From contig MU619322.1 in assembly GCA_025201805.1 (NCBI GenBank), positions 1 through 64,000 on the forward strand: a stretch of DNA of 64,000 nucleotides, given 5' to 3'. The DNA is from Parasitella parasitica NRRL 2501. Lineage: Eukaryota > Fungi > Mucoromycota. Of this stretch, positions 38,306 through 52,844 are shown in pieces. Made by a program: the position numbers and the translations under genes. Below the pieces are notes generated by a model, which saw only the letters and a program-made list of their open reading frames with translations, did not search any database and was not told the origin of the DNA. Position 1 is the first letter of the stretch, and the number at the start of each line of letters is the position of its first letter.

Positions 38306-41300
38306 ATGGATGGCATAGAACTCTCCAATCAAACAACCAAGAGGTCATATACCACAACTGTGCAGTTGGAGGAAATATCTCGAAGTGACACAGTGGATCA
38401 TCTTGGTGCTCACGATGTATTAAAACAGGATGAGGACGTTCACTTGACAGCTAATAGTCATCTACGATTATCAGGAGATAGCAGTGTCAACATGCCGCCA
38501 ATTAAGGATAATATTGGGCCAAAAAAGACACTTACTGAAAGAATACAAGCAAGCATACCACCAGTTCCTCTCATACGAGCCATTGTCAAAGCATCGTTTG
38601 CAGTATTGGTTGCATTAATTATTACTTTCGTGGATAGATCTAGAAATGCAATAGGGCAAGGCATCATTCTAGTGCCCATTTGTACTATCCTTCATTTCCC
38701 TATCCGCCCTTTAGGTACGTTGTCTCAGAGATATCTCATCCCTATAATTACTGATCTGGCAACGTGTGTATAATGAATTAGGTGTGCAAATCGAGGTATA
38801 CATCATAAAACTTGGTACATGCAATTAGTCCACTAAAAAAAAAATCCCTGTATATAGGCAACGATTCAGGGTTTATTTGGTGCATTGGTGGGATCTGCCT
38901 GGTGCATGTTGGGTATATATAATTACCGGTAAAACATGCATTCACTAAAATGATGATATCAAGGTATGTATCTCGGAAACCTCGCTCGTGATTCTCGAAT
39001 CGCTACTCCTGTCCAGCCGAGCTCGAGCGCCGTTTTAGCCGTTTTCATGTTTATTGGCGTGTTCGGATTAACCTATGTCCGTATCAAATTTGCGCAAGGT
39101 AAATGTCATGCACACTGTGCATACTTGATCCGTAGGCATGCTGCTAACCGTTGATGATTACACACATAGCAAACTTTGCGTGTATTTTTGCCAGCATGAT
39201 TGCTGCTGTAAGTTTATGTTTGGCAGTGATTTTATAATATTTTATAAGCTCATTTTCGTCCCTTGAATGTATCGTGATAGTTTGCTTTAACTCAAGCGTC
39301 GGTTACTCCAGGATTCCAACCTGCAATTGTGGTGCGTTACACTGTAGATACTCGCTATCGTTGTAAATGATGTACCTAACCCCATATCGCATAGTATACG
39401 TTTTTAAAACCCATTGCATTGGCTAGTGGAATTGCATTAGCTGTTGACGTGCTTATATGGCCCGAAGATAGCATCACCAAATACATGGCAATCCTCAACG
39501 TATCGCTCAAGGAATACAATAGCTTTTTCCAAGAGCATTCAAATGCATTTTTGTCTGTAACAACTAGCCCTGCTGCTATGACGCTGCCTTCGCTCCATGC
39601 ACGCTTGCAAAATAGTATTCTGAAATTGATCGATTGCAAACGTGAGGTGCAGCGGGAGATTCTATTTAACCGACTCGCTCACGATGACATCAACAGCATC
39701 ACTCGACTTGTCAAGACGATGCGTTTGCCGTTGCACGGCATTGGTCTCAGCCTTATCACAAAAGCAGAAAGACTGGAGCAAGTAAAGCAACCCTATTTCG
39801 CTGCTGCTGTGGAGAATGACCAGAGCGAACACAAGAAGCAATTTTTACTGGGTATAGAGGATTTGCGCAAGGTTAGCCAAGAACTGACGGACACCTGTGT
39901 CATGACATTGGGTGAATGTAATGAGCGTTTGATGAAGTTTGGCGGCAGACCTCGATCGCTGATGAGCACTGTCTTTTGGCCATTTCCTCGAATCTTTGTA
40001 GAGGATTATTACAGGAGTAAAAAAAGCATTCAGCAAGAAGAACAGCAACATGCTCGGATTCAGAGCCTTTCTGATCGCTTAGACGAGGTTATTTCCAAAT
40101 ACGAGATTGAGAGCAAGAAAGCATCGCATATTTTCATCGAGCCTGGATCTGACAAGTTTGAAGCTCGGTTCAATGGACTATTACAGATCGTGTATTTGTT
40201 TCAGTACAACTTGATGGAGCATGCTCTTCAGCTGAGGTCACTCGTTGCTTGTGTTGAAAGCATTGAGGCTACACGTACTACTAGAAGGCTGTGGTTTCCT
40301 CGTCTCAAATTAAGGAAATGGTTTCGATCATTGAGCGTCAATGCAAACATCGGCGTTCAAGTGGGAACGGCTACGAGTGGCCCTGAAACTGGTACCTCTG
40401 GTGCAGCTGGGCTGGGGAATGAATTGACGCTTTCTCAAACCATGACTAGACCTGATAACATTGATGCGGATGACGATATTGAACTTGTGTGCCGCAGAAA
40501 CCGCCAAGGCAAAGCCTATCCTCGAGATCCAGATGTAAACCCTCCCGAAACGGCCTTTGAAAGCTTCTTTTACAAACTACATAAAATAGTCGCTTGGTCA
40601 AAGAGTGTCGAGGCTGCCTTTGCCTTCAAAACATCAGCAGGCTTCACATTGTTATCACTACCCGCTTTTATCGCGAGCAGTGCTACATGGTTTTTTGCTT
40701 GGAGAGGTCAATGGGCGACAATCACGTTGATGCTTTGGATGTTTCCTATGGCAGGCATGTTTTTTTTCACGTAAGTGCCCCTTCATGTCACGCTTTCTAT
40801 CAGACACCATGTTAACGTCCAATATGCCTGTCTATCCCTATTGGATAGCGTCATCCTGAGAGTAGTAGGAACTGTGCTGGGTGGTGTAGCTGGTATCATT
40901 GTTTGGGAGATCACAAGAGGAAACCCTTATGGCCTTTCCGTTTTGATGTTTTTTGTAATGATGCCGCTTTACTATGTATTCTTTACTAGTCAAATAATGA
41001 ACATTGTTGCTATTATGACACAAATCACATTGATCCTGGTGGTCATTATGGAGTATACCTATGTAGTCAGCGGCGTAGCTGTTTATGACTCGGTAGAAAT
41101 TGTAGCTGGCAAGGTATGGTTTACCCACTCTACTTCTTACAGCTCTTACTAATGCATGTATAGCGCATGTTGTTGGTTATCATTGGCGTTGCCGCCGCAG
41201 CTGTGCTAGCAATCTTTCCTAAGGCTGTAACGGGCAGAGTTGAATTGCGCAAGCGTATATCTAGAACAATTCATGACCTCAGTAAATTATACGGAATCCT

Positions 41301-41961
41301 TGTTGTCGATATCTTGGCCACTAAAGGATCCAGCGACGTACAGCTTACTTCCGGTCAGCGCAAGGCATTTCGTAAACTAGCACTTGGTATTCGTCGGCAA
41401 ATAGCAGATGAGCAAACCTACCTGAAGATCACCAAATTGGAGCCTCCACTCCGAGGCAAATTTCCCTTGGATGAATATACCAAACTAGTAGAAAAGGTCG
41501 ATAATATGGCAGATTTACTGCAAGGCATGGCATTTGCGTCTCGATCCATTGATAGAGCATGGAAACGCAAACTAGTTCGAGTGATCGAAGAAGAGCGCAT
41601 GGAGTATGTAAGTAATACCCGTACCTGTGTGCAGATAGCATCTTTTCTAATGACGAACCTCTGCATGTAGCTTGCTTCCATCTTGTCCATCATGAAACTT
41701 TTATCCGCTACACTGGCATCTAAAATGGCGTTACCACCATTTATGCTTTCGCCTTCCGAGTTGAGACTTCGACTCGCTAGAAAGATGAGCGAGGCCATCA
41801 CCAAATACCCAGAAAATCTGGATAATGAGACATTCCCTTGCTACTGTGCCTTTGCTGTGAATTCATTCAAATTCTCGGGCGAATTAGCCGAGGCTATGGA
41901 TTGCATAGAAAACCTTGTGGGTGTTGAGGACCCTCAGCAATGGTTGCTGCTGAATGCCTAA
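38306..41961 (+). CDS. ArAE/FUSC-like multipass membrane protein (aromatic acid exporter family; many small exons)
   Basis: N-terminal TM bundle, cytosolic helical region, second TM bundle (AFAFKTS..RGQWATIT..LRVVGTVLGGVAGIIVWEITRGNPYG), ARVELRK-like motif GRVELRKRI, and KLEPPLRGKFPLDEY. Confidence 0.8.
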
Positions 41962-42164
41962 ATGTCGGCTTTAAATAATTGCGATAGCTTATGCCATCAG
42001 GAAAGAACAAATCGCGTCATTTGAATTGCATCTCTTGATTTGTTGGACATCAGTGTGTGGCATTTCTCACACACAGAACTCAATAAAATCTCCTCTACCG
42101 GCTTTTTTTTATTTATTTATTTATTTGTAACTGTCCTTCCTCCTTCGCTATATTCATTTTTCAA

Positions 42165-43413
42165 ATGAACTCTTTGCGCTTAATTGCTCGTCGTGCCTAC
42201 ACAACGGTACATCCCGGGGGATATCCTGGTGTAAGGAGTTTACTTATCTTATTTAGAACCTAAACTGACATTTGAATGCAGATTACTAATGGTTTTATTG
42301 GAGCCATTGGCAACACTCCTTTGGTATGTAGAGCGAACTTTAAGTAAAAGAAGAAAAAAAAAGTAACCAGATGATAAGATTCGCTTGAACAGACTTAGTG
42401 ATGAAACTGGCTCTGAAATCATGGCCAAAGCAGAATTTATGAATCCCGGTGGTTCTGTCAAGGATCGTGCTGCGTTATTTGTTGTAAAGGATGCCGAAGA
42501 GAAAGGTTTGATTAAACCAGGAGGTACGGTTGTAGAGGGGACAGCTGGTAATACCGGTATTGGCTTGGCTCATGTCTGCCGTGCCAAGGGATACAAGTGT
42601 GTCATTTACATGCCCAATACTCAGGTACGTTTGACTATCAATGCAGGGAGGTCATGCTCATTATATTTGGCTTGCAATTAGTCTCAGGAAAAGATTGACT
42701 TGCTGCGTATGCTCGGAGCTGAAGTACATCCCGTACCTGCTGTTGCATTTGATAACCCAGAGAACTACAACCATCAAGCCAAGCGCCATGCTGATTCTCT
42801 CGACAATGCTGTTTGGACTAATCAATTCGACAACACAGCTAATCGTCGTGCACATATTGAGACTACAGGTCCCGAGATTTTCGCTCAAACCAATGGAGAA
42901 GTAGATGGGTTTGTTTGTGCTACTGGTACTGGTGGCTCACTTGCTGGTACCGCCCGTTACCTTAAGGATAAGAAAGGAGACAATGTCAAGATCTTTTTGG
43001 CTGATCCTCCTGGATCTGTTCTTTACAGTTACTTTACTAGTGGCCGTAAACTTTTCGAGCGTAGCGGATCATCCATTACTGAAGGTATTGGTCAGGGCCG
43101 TATCACAGATAACTTGGGCCCTGATGTTGATTTGATCGACGGCGCTCTTAATATCCAGGATGAGGATACTATCAAAATGCTTTATCGTTTGTTGGATGAA
43201 GAGGGTATTTATGTAGGCGCTTCTTCTGCTCTCAACGTTGTGGCTGCTGTTGAGATGGCTAAGCAACTTGGTAAGGGTAAGAAGGTTGTGACCCTCTTGT
43301 GCGATGGCGCTTACAGATACCAATCCCGCCTTTTCAGTCGTAAATGGTTGGATTCCAAGAATTTATCTAGTGCTATTCCCGATCATTTGCAGAAATATGT
43401 TGTTTTACCATAG
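42165..43413 (+). CDS. Cysteine synthase (O-acetylserine sulfhydrylase), probably mitochondrial (4 exons)
   Basis: Presequence-like [12 protein letters not shown]; GAIGNTPL; PLP-lysine motif [14 protein letters not shown]; EGTAGNTG; GTGGS; TEGIG. Confidence 0.93.
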
Positions 43414-43880
43414 AGAATATAGAATAATAAAAGATTTGCTTTCGACAAGCACCATATACTATTGTTAGCTTGAGACGCCTTGACTGATAAATTTAATTAG
43501 ATGTAATTTTAATTGATGGGAAAGAGCTTCAGCTACATCCGTATGCTTGACTCTTATTAGGGGAGGGGGAGGATTTTTTTTCATGAATCTATACCAGCAC
43601 TTGTAGATTAGGCCTATCTGATTTGGGAAGTCGACACTTTTCAAATAGGAATGCAATATGGACAGTAGAGCTTTATTATGTGGACAATTAAAAATTTGAA
43701 GACAATGTCATGAGGAGGGACAGTTAAGCAACCGAAGCAACTTGTTGATCTAGTCACATCGAGCGATGATGAAATTTTTCGTAATAGTAGAGCAATAGGG
43801 CTCGAGTAGTAGTTACAACTTGAAATAATCCTACTCCAGAACCGATTAAATCGATATAAAGTGAATAAACTTGCAGTAAT

Positions 43881-44480
43881 ATGGCGAAAGGAAAAGACCA
43901 GAAAGGAGCGCCTATTGTCAAGAATGTCCAGGCATTTGAACGCCTAAGCTTTCTTCATCAGGCTGCTACGCTAATGTCTACATTGAAATATGAAGCATCA
44001 GCAGCAGCAACATCTACTCATAATGCAACCAAAACAGTCAAAAATTGGCAGGGTGATCCACCAGGCACTTTACACGCAACATCTAGATATCTGAACAACC
44101 ACATGAAGCAAATTACCGGGAAACTAGTTATGCGATTGTAAGTTTATAGCCGCACACAACAGCAATAGTGTGACTAAAAGAAGATGCAAATCCTGATAGA
44201 GATCCTAGTGTAAAAAGATCGATATGCAAACGATGCGACACACCCATCATCCCAGCGATAACGTCAATCAACCGTGTCAAATGTAAGACTAAACCATGAT
44301 GAAATATGGCACACAACTTATCTTTTGTTTGTAGCGAAACCGTCGCCCAGTTTGGTTCAAGTCTGCAAGATTTGCAAATCAAAACGAAGATATACCTCCC
44401 AAAACCCCAATTATCAATTATTCAACAATAGACCAGATGTAGTTGATCTGCAGGATGAGGAGGAGATTTTACAAGTATGA
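43881..44480 (+). CDS. RPR2: RNase P subunit Rpr2/Rpp21 (3 exons)
   Basis: RLSFLHQAA..SRYL..KLVMRL|DPSVKRSICKRCDTPIIP..|..CKIC..RRY: Zn ribbon CxxC...CxxC. Confidence 0.85.
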
Positions 44481-45185
44481 GCATAAATTTGGAGTGTTAG
44501 GGGCCTTAATAAATGGGTATTTAAATCCAACCATGTTGTATGAATTTCAAAGTATGAAGAGGAGCAAGATGCCAAAGTTCATTGAATATGTTTATTCTTG
44601 TGATAACTACTTTTCACTATTTACCTGTTGACGTATAACATGGATAGAATTGCATTCCAGGTTTTTTCAAACGACTGATTGAGCTAGTACTTTAGATCCA
44701 ACAATGCGAATTAGATGTCAACCCACAAGTTCTTCTAAGCTGGTAATCCATGAAATAACCAGAAAAATATGGGAGATCTCGCATTGCCCTTCTTTGGTTG
44801 ATTTTACATCTCTGTAGCACTAAACTTGGCTGACATTCATGGCTCTATTTTACCACAACCACAAGGAATCCCATTAAAAGATGAACAATTGCTATATTAT
44901 TAGAGATGCAGACATGTGGTTAGATCAGTGGATAAAGTGTTGATATTTTTCTTCTAAAACAACTCCTGTAACTCTACTCTTTGACTCTTATTTCGGGACA
45001 AAATAGATTATTGGACTGTACGGTATACCGTACTTCTAGATGTATGCTTTCAATCAGTTATGCAGCAAGGTTTATATGTACACAGTGTGCTTCATCTGGC
45101 TTATCCCCGACTATAGATTATATTTTTTTTTCCACACTTTTCTATTCTCTTCTTCTTTTCTATCTTATTTCTATTTACTATAACT

Positions 45186-46922
45186 ATGTCTAGCTTTGAT
45201 AATGACGACGCAGGACCTTCTTGGTATACTGAGGACAATGAAAATGACACAGCCAACACCTTTCGGTCAGCCTATTTTGATCAATCGCAAGTAAGTTTCC
45301 GTATAAAGTGTAGCCTACAAACATTCATTTGTTTTCGACAACAGAATTTTGGAGCATCGTCTTTGAGTAGCGATGATGCTACTGCTGCTGCTGCTGCTGC
45401 TGCTATTGCGGCTTTCGACTCTTTCCAGTCCGAGTACGATCAAGATGCAGCAATATTCGATAGCAAGAAGCCAGCACATTCATATCAAAGATCGACTTCA
45501 AATGAGGAAAACAAGGCCGATCCCATGACCATCCGAGTAGATGATCCTTTAAAGAGCAACAACGGATCATATATCACTTTTAGAATTTTTACGATGGTAA
45601 ACTTTGTGAAAATTAAGAAAAAACGCATCAACCCTAACATATAAAGAAAGACTGCATTGGAAAATTATAGTGTGGACAATAGGCCAGTGCGACGACGATT
45701 TAAAGATTTCGTATGGCTACACAATGCATTGAGCGTCGAATATCCAGCTTGTATTATCCCTCCATTACCAGAGAAGCATCGCATCAGTAAGTGAATTATT
45801 TGATTGATTCTATTTGTTTGTTTATTTGTGTAAAATAGAATACATGAAAGGTGATAGGTTTGATCCATTGTTTGTAGAGCAAAGACGATTAGGGTTTGTT
45901 GTGACAAAGTATGTGTCATTATATACGGTATCTAACATGTAAATTTATTTGAAGCCTGCAGTGGTTTATGGATAGAATTGCTAGACACCCGCAACTTCAA
46001 ATATCGAAATATACGAGAATATTCTTAGAATCCACCGATTTTAAAGCAGATAAGAACATTCAAACCAAATCACCGCCCTCTAATAACTCGATGTTTGGCT
46101 CACTCTTCAAGTCTTTGGCCAAAGTTAAGAAGCCAGATGAAAAATTCGAAGAAATGAAGGAGAGCATTGATAAATTCCAAGACAACTTGAACATTGTAGA
46201 GAAATTATACTCAAGGATTGGCAGACGACAACAAGAATTGGAACAAAACTATGATCATTTTGCAGGCAGCATTCGAGGTTTATCTGGACTCGAGACTAAT
46301 GTAGACCAACCTTTGCGACAATTCGCAGAAGCTACTGAATCGTACGTCGAAGCATTAAAAGAGATGCGAAAACAAGAGAATTTATTGTTTTTGAACGATG
46401 TACATGAGTTGTTGAATTACTGCAATGCAGCCAGAGATCAGCTAATTGAAAGGGACCAGAAGCAAGTTCATTTTGAAGACTCGTCCACTGCATTACAGTC
46501 GGTCATCCTGGAAAGAGAGCGGCTATTGTATCCTGGCAAAAATATGGGGTCCACAGCGGTGGGCATGAGCATCACCGAGCTGATGACAGATAAAATGAGC
46601 GACAGCAACAAGACAAGAAACGAACGGGTTCTGCGACTTGAAGCCAAGATCAAAGAACTACAGGCTCACGTTGCCAGAGCAAATGATATCAACAATAACT
46701 ATTCGAACCAGATGATTAAAGAATTTGAGATATTACAAAGAGCAAGAGATGCTGAATTGAGGCAAGGACTATCAGCGTATGCGGATTGTCATATTGACTT
46801 TTACAAGAAGGTACGTTTTATGGATTTATAAGATACCGATCCATGCAGCTAAATCAATTCACTAGAGTATCACCATTTGGCAAAATATATTACCTGTTTT
46901 AGATAAAATCCAACTAGAGTAG
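45186..46922 (+). CDS. SNX4: PX-BAR sorting nexin, Snx4/Atg24-like (multi-exon)
   Basis: PX: SYITFRI..VRRRFKDFVWLH..YPACIIPPLPEKH..FV.QRR.GLQWFMDRIARHP; then a BAR coiled coil; ends IQLE*. Confidence 0.85.
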
Positions 46923-47137
46923 TGGGATTTATTTAAATATTGTAAAAAACAAGCAGTTTGATTATTGTAAAAAAAAACAAGCAGTTCGATTATTTGTAGT
47001 ATGTATATCATTTGTACACGTGTATATTTAAATAGTTCTCTTGTCCCTTTTGTATTTCTTTGTTTCCATAGCATTATTTTATCCTTCTTTCTAATCTCGA
47101 CCTCCTTTCCTTTTGTTTTTGTACATCTATAAAACAA

Positions 47138-48950
47138 ATGTCCAATTCGACTCTATCTGATAAAAACGAGGAAAAAAAAGCAGCTTACAGCGAAGATCCC
47201 TTCAAACTTATCGATGATGAAGGTGGCTATATTGAACAGCAAGATTCATTTGATCAACCACCAACTACAAAATGGGAATTGTGGAGCTATTATCTGTATT
47301 ACAATGGAGTAATATGTAATTCTTTCGTTGCCATGGTTACCAACATACTGATCCCCCCCTCTTTGTTTTCTTAGAATAATGGTTATACGATATATAGCTT
47401 CATGCCACTTATATTACAATATTTAGCGTACAGAGGTGGATACAACCCGGAAACGCCAAACATTCGAGGATGTGATATGCTTGACACTTCTAAACCATGT
47501 AATGTAGCTTGGGGAAACTCGCCCAATGGTATACCAGTATCATCCATGCTTCTCTATGTTCAGGCCATTGCATTTTCGATCCAGTTTTTATTATTTACTT
47601 CGTTTGGTAGTCTAGCGGATTACGGTCAGTGGAATCGATACATTTTGCTTGGAGCAACCATCATTGGCTGTGTGTTCCAAGGGCTCCCGATTGTGTTGAT
47701 CAATGATGATGGCACACACTGGAATGTAATGATGGCCTTTATGATCATAGGTCTGATCTCGTACGGCACTTCGCTTGTATTTTATGCAGCGGCATTTCCC
47801 AATTTGAGGTTGGTCATCCCTTATTTTAAATATTGTGTATTCCTGCGCATGTAAATTAATGTGTTAATGCAGCGATAATTTGCCTATTGTACTTCGCGCC
47901 AAAATGAATCAAAATATCCCAGAAGCTGAACGACAACAGGTAGCAGAGCAGTGGAGAAATCAAGTGTCGGCTGTCTCGACAACATTTTCAAACATTGGGT
48001 TCTTGATTGTATCCGGTGTGCTCTCTGGTGTAGCATTCCTCAGTTGGGAAGGTAAATATGATTTCCCTGAGGGAGTCAGTCATACATTAGGTAATGCGCC
48101 AATTTATAATTACATATCGACTCTTGCTTGTGCATGTTTTTGGGCTGTAAATGCTGTGCCTTACTTTTTTTTGACGCCACGAGGAAGAAAAGGACCCTCT
48201 CTACCACCCAATACCAGCTATCTGACATTTGGATGGAAATCTATAGTCGTGGCATTGAAAGAAGCACGAAAACTAAGATATTTATTCATGTATATCTTTG
48301 CTTATTTCATATTTTCTGATGCTGTGTCCACAATCGGACAGATACAGACCATCATCCAGGGAGAACTGACGGCATTCTCAGCACAGCAGAATGCTATCTT
48401 TGGCTTCATAACAGCAGTGACATCTATTATCGGCTGCCTGTTCTTTTTGTGGTTGAACAGGAGGTTTAAAATAAGAACAAAGACTAGTTTACTGATGATT
48501 GTCGTGCTGACGGGTGTTGTTCCTGTTTGGGGCTGTTTCGGCATCCACTTTGACAATTTCGGCATCAAGGTAAATATATACATCAATCTAAAAATAAAAG
48601 TCCCTGTTACTAATTATATGTTCAAACATTAGACAAATTGGGAATTATGGGTTCTCAACGTGTGGTCCGGTCTATTTACAGCACCCATTTGGGCTTGGCA
48701 GCAGACCATGTTGGCAGAATTGGTCCCAAAAGGAAAAGAAAACCTATTCTTTGGGTTATTTGGAGTAGTTAATAAGGCATCTTCTTGGATTGGTCCTGTT
48801 GTTATTGGTGCCATAACGCAATCAACAGCTAACATATGGATGGGCTGGCCCTTCGTGTTAGGTTTGTTTATATTGGCTACAATCATCATTTGCTTTATTG
48901 ATGTCGATAAAGCTAAACTGGAATTGGTTGAATATGAAAAGGCTGAATAG
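47138..48950 (+). CDS. ATG22: Atg22-like vacuolar amino acid efflux MFS transporter (4 exons)
   Basis: TTKWELWSYYLYYNG|NNG; FGSLADYG; YFIFSDAVST; MLAELVPKGKENLFFGLFGVVNKASSWIGP. Confidence 0.85.
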
Positions 48951-50159
48951 CAGCATTCACCCATCCAAACGCCACAGCATAAAAATCAAGGGACCCAAAC
49001 TTCTATTTTATTTCCTTTTTGAGGTAATAGAGTGGCAATGATGTCGATCCCTAAACTATACTCATATAGCATAAATTAATTTGCACAGACAAAATATAAT
49101 GTCAATAAAAGAATAATACTGGCTACGATCCTTTTTTTTTTTTTTTTTTTTTTATTGGGATGCTGTGAAGAGAACCCGACATAAATGATATCATGGCATA
49201 CCAAGAAAGCCAAGGCGGTTCCCTAATGTGGAGCTTGTGGCCTCGACTCTTGTCTTATGTAGCAGACATAATCCAGGCCGTACTTGACACAATCACAAAA
49301 CAGACAAAAGTCATGTCGTACATTTTATAGTAAACGTAATAAAGTCAATTAGAAGTGCAAGTTTCAACTTAAAGGCATATTACATGCACAGGCATAGGCA
49401 TATTTTATAGATTTCTTTTTTTTTTTTTGGTAAGACAAATGTTCATCACCTTCATCTAGCAACATGTCTTTCTTTGTCTTGATAAAAGTGATATTGATTA
49501 TACAAGAAAGAGGCCCACAATCCAATAAAGTTAGAAGTGTGTTACCAACTATTCGTTAAAGGACTGCAACGGAGAGCCAGCATATGCTGCCATAGCAACT
49601 GCGCATGTTGCCTTTTGTATCATTCGTTGTAAGCAAATACATCAGATTGTTCACCATTTCCTTTTTCATTTCTTTTTTGGTCAGTGCCAAGACAGCATTT
49701 TCAAGCGGCCAATCAGTTTATCAGTAAAAGATCTTCAATTATTCCTGTAACCACAACCGAATAGAATGGGTCTAAACTATTATTTGGCAACCTCTTGCTT
49801 CTTTTAGTATAGTTTGGTATCCAGCAGAAAGGGTATTTTGTTTGATTAAATGATGCTATTGAGCGCAGTGGCAGTGATATTGGGGATTGGATTTGTGGAC
49901 AGTCAAGTAGACGACGATACAGCTAGAGTCGATCCCACGTGCATACGAATGTTTGTAACTGTTGTATACAACGTTTGAAAAATCAGGCCCCGGCCTGAAA
50001 TCATCAAATAAGGTCTCTTTTTTCGTCGCAGTGGAGATTGTAATTAGCGCTAAATAATGATAATGAATTGATCAGTTTATGGAGCGTTTTATATAAAGCA
50101 CTTCGCCCCAATTTATTTCTCTTTTCTTTCTTCTTTAACGTTTCTGATAAACTCAAAAA

Positions 50160-51106
50160 ATGATGTCTTCCATCCCTATTAGCCCTCCTGTAACTCCAAA
50201 ACATTCTGATGAGCCTCAAACACCACCCTATGATACATTGGAGCTGCCGCCCTCTCTCGAATGCCCATCCTCTACTGATCTGCGTCGTAAATCAAGCGTG
50301 AAAAAATACAGTCGAGCAATGTCAATGTCGTCCTCGCAAGACGTAATTACATTCAGAGATCCCTTTGCAAGGGAAGGTAATTGCTACTTGTCCGCTGCTG
50401 CTAGATATTCACCACCACCCCCATCCAACCGATCTAAATCAATTCCTACTCGATCGCCCTCGCCATCTACTCGAGGTAGTTTTACAATGGACATCTTTGA
50501 AGACGGTGTTATAAGCGGTAATAGAATGAGCAGGAAAAGACGGAATCACCAAGCAGAAGAACGAATGACGGAAGCACCAGTGACACAAAACCAGCCAATT
50601 TTACTGAATACAGAACGCAATGTCAAGAAATCCAAAACTGATGCAGCTGTAGCTTATGACAATGTTGATATCACCATGAGTGATGAAACGATCTTTGAAG
50701 ATCCTGAATGGATACCTGATATGGAAGCGTTTAATACTGTGCCAGCTGTTCGTGTTATCTGGAAAGGTAATCATTTCTTTTTCTAATTGGGTACCTTTTT
50801 TTGTGTTTCTAAATTTCCATTTCTCACCAAGGCTCCCCATTATCAATCGATAATTTACCTTTTTACGAGTCATTGCATCCAGGTGAAGTTCACATAGCCT
50901 CGACCTTACGTCTTACACCTGAGCAATATTTGAAATGTCGACGCTCTCTTATCTTGGCTGCTCAGGAATTCGATAAATTGCATATCCCGTTCAGAAAGTC
51001 AGACGCTCAAAAATGCGTACGAATTGATGTCAACAAAACCAGCACGCTTTGGAGTGTATTCAATAGATTAGGTTGGCTGAGTCCCAGGCCTTCTTCTTCC
51101 TCTTGA
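50160..51106 (+). CDS. SWIRM-domain protein (Fun19/YOR338W-like), 2 exons
   Basis: S/P-rich N-terminus; VIWK|GSPLSI..LHPGEVHIASTLRLTPEQYLKCRR..FRKSDAQKCVRIDVNKTSTLWSVFNRLGW. Confidence 0.88.
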
Positions 51107-51212
51107 AAACTATCTTCTTCTTTCACTCAAACTCATTATCGAAAAAAGAAAAAAAAAAAAAATCCAGGTCTTGTATGTTATGTAAATATATATTGAAAGT
51201 CTTTATCCCTCA

Positions 51213-51367
51213 AACGCCACACAAAATAAACAAAATTACATTCAATATCTTTAATCCCACTCTACATTCTTTTTACACAGGCCCCTCTATAACACCACAC
51301 GAAATAAACAAAATTATAATCGGTATCTTTAATTCTAATCTCTATTCTTTTTACAAAGACCTTTAAT
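51213..51367 (+). repeat. ~78-bp tandem duplication (2 diverged copies)
   Basis: AAC.CCACAC.AAATAAACAAAATTA..TATCTTTAAT..ATTCTTTTTACA starts at both 51213 and 51291. Confidence 0.85.
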
Positions 51368-51647
51368 AAAAAAACAAAGCTGTACAATATGCCTTTTAAA
51401 ACTCATGAAGAAAACAGCGTCTGTCATGGTTTTAGATTATTATGAAGAAACATACCATAGATTTATCATTTAGTATTCATAATGAGACAATGCTTTTTTT
51501 GTGCTTAAAGTGCAGATTCATTCAGTTGCTGTTTCTTATATCAGATGAGCTGTCCAACACCCCTTTATTCCCCCTTGGAATATTCTAATCGCAAGCTCAT
51601 CCATTTCCTTTTCCCCTTTCTTTTGTCTTTTCCCTCTTCACCGTAGC

Positions 51648-52844
<1,197 letters not shown>

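Noticed and set aside
45381-45405. (GCT)n in SNX4 and (GCA)n near 57060 in HIR3
   Set aside because: Ordinary coding microsatellites (poly-Ala, poly-Ser) in disordered regions.
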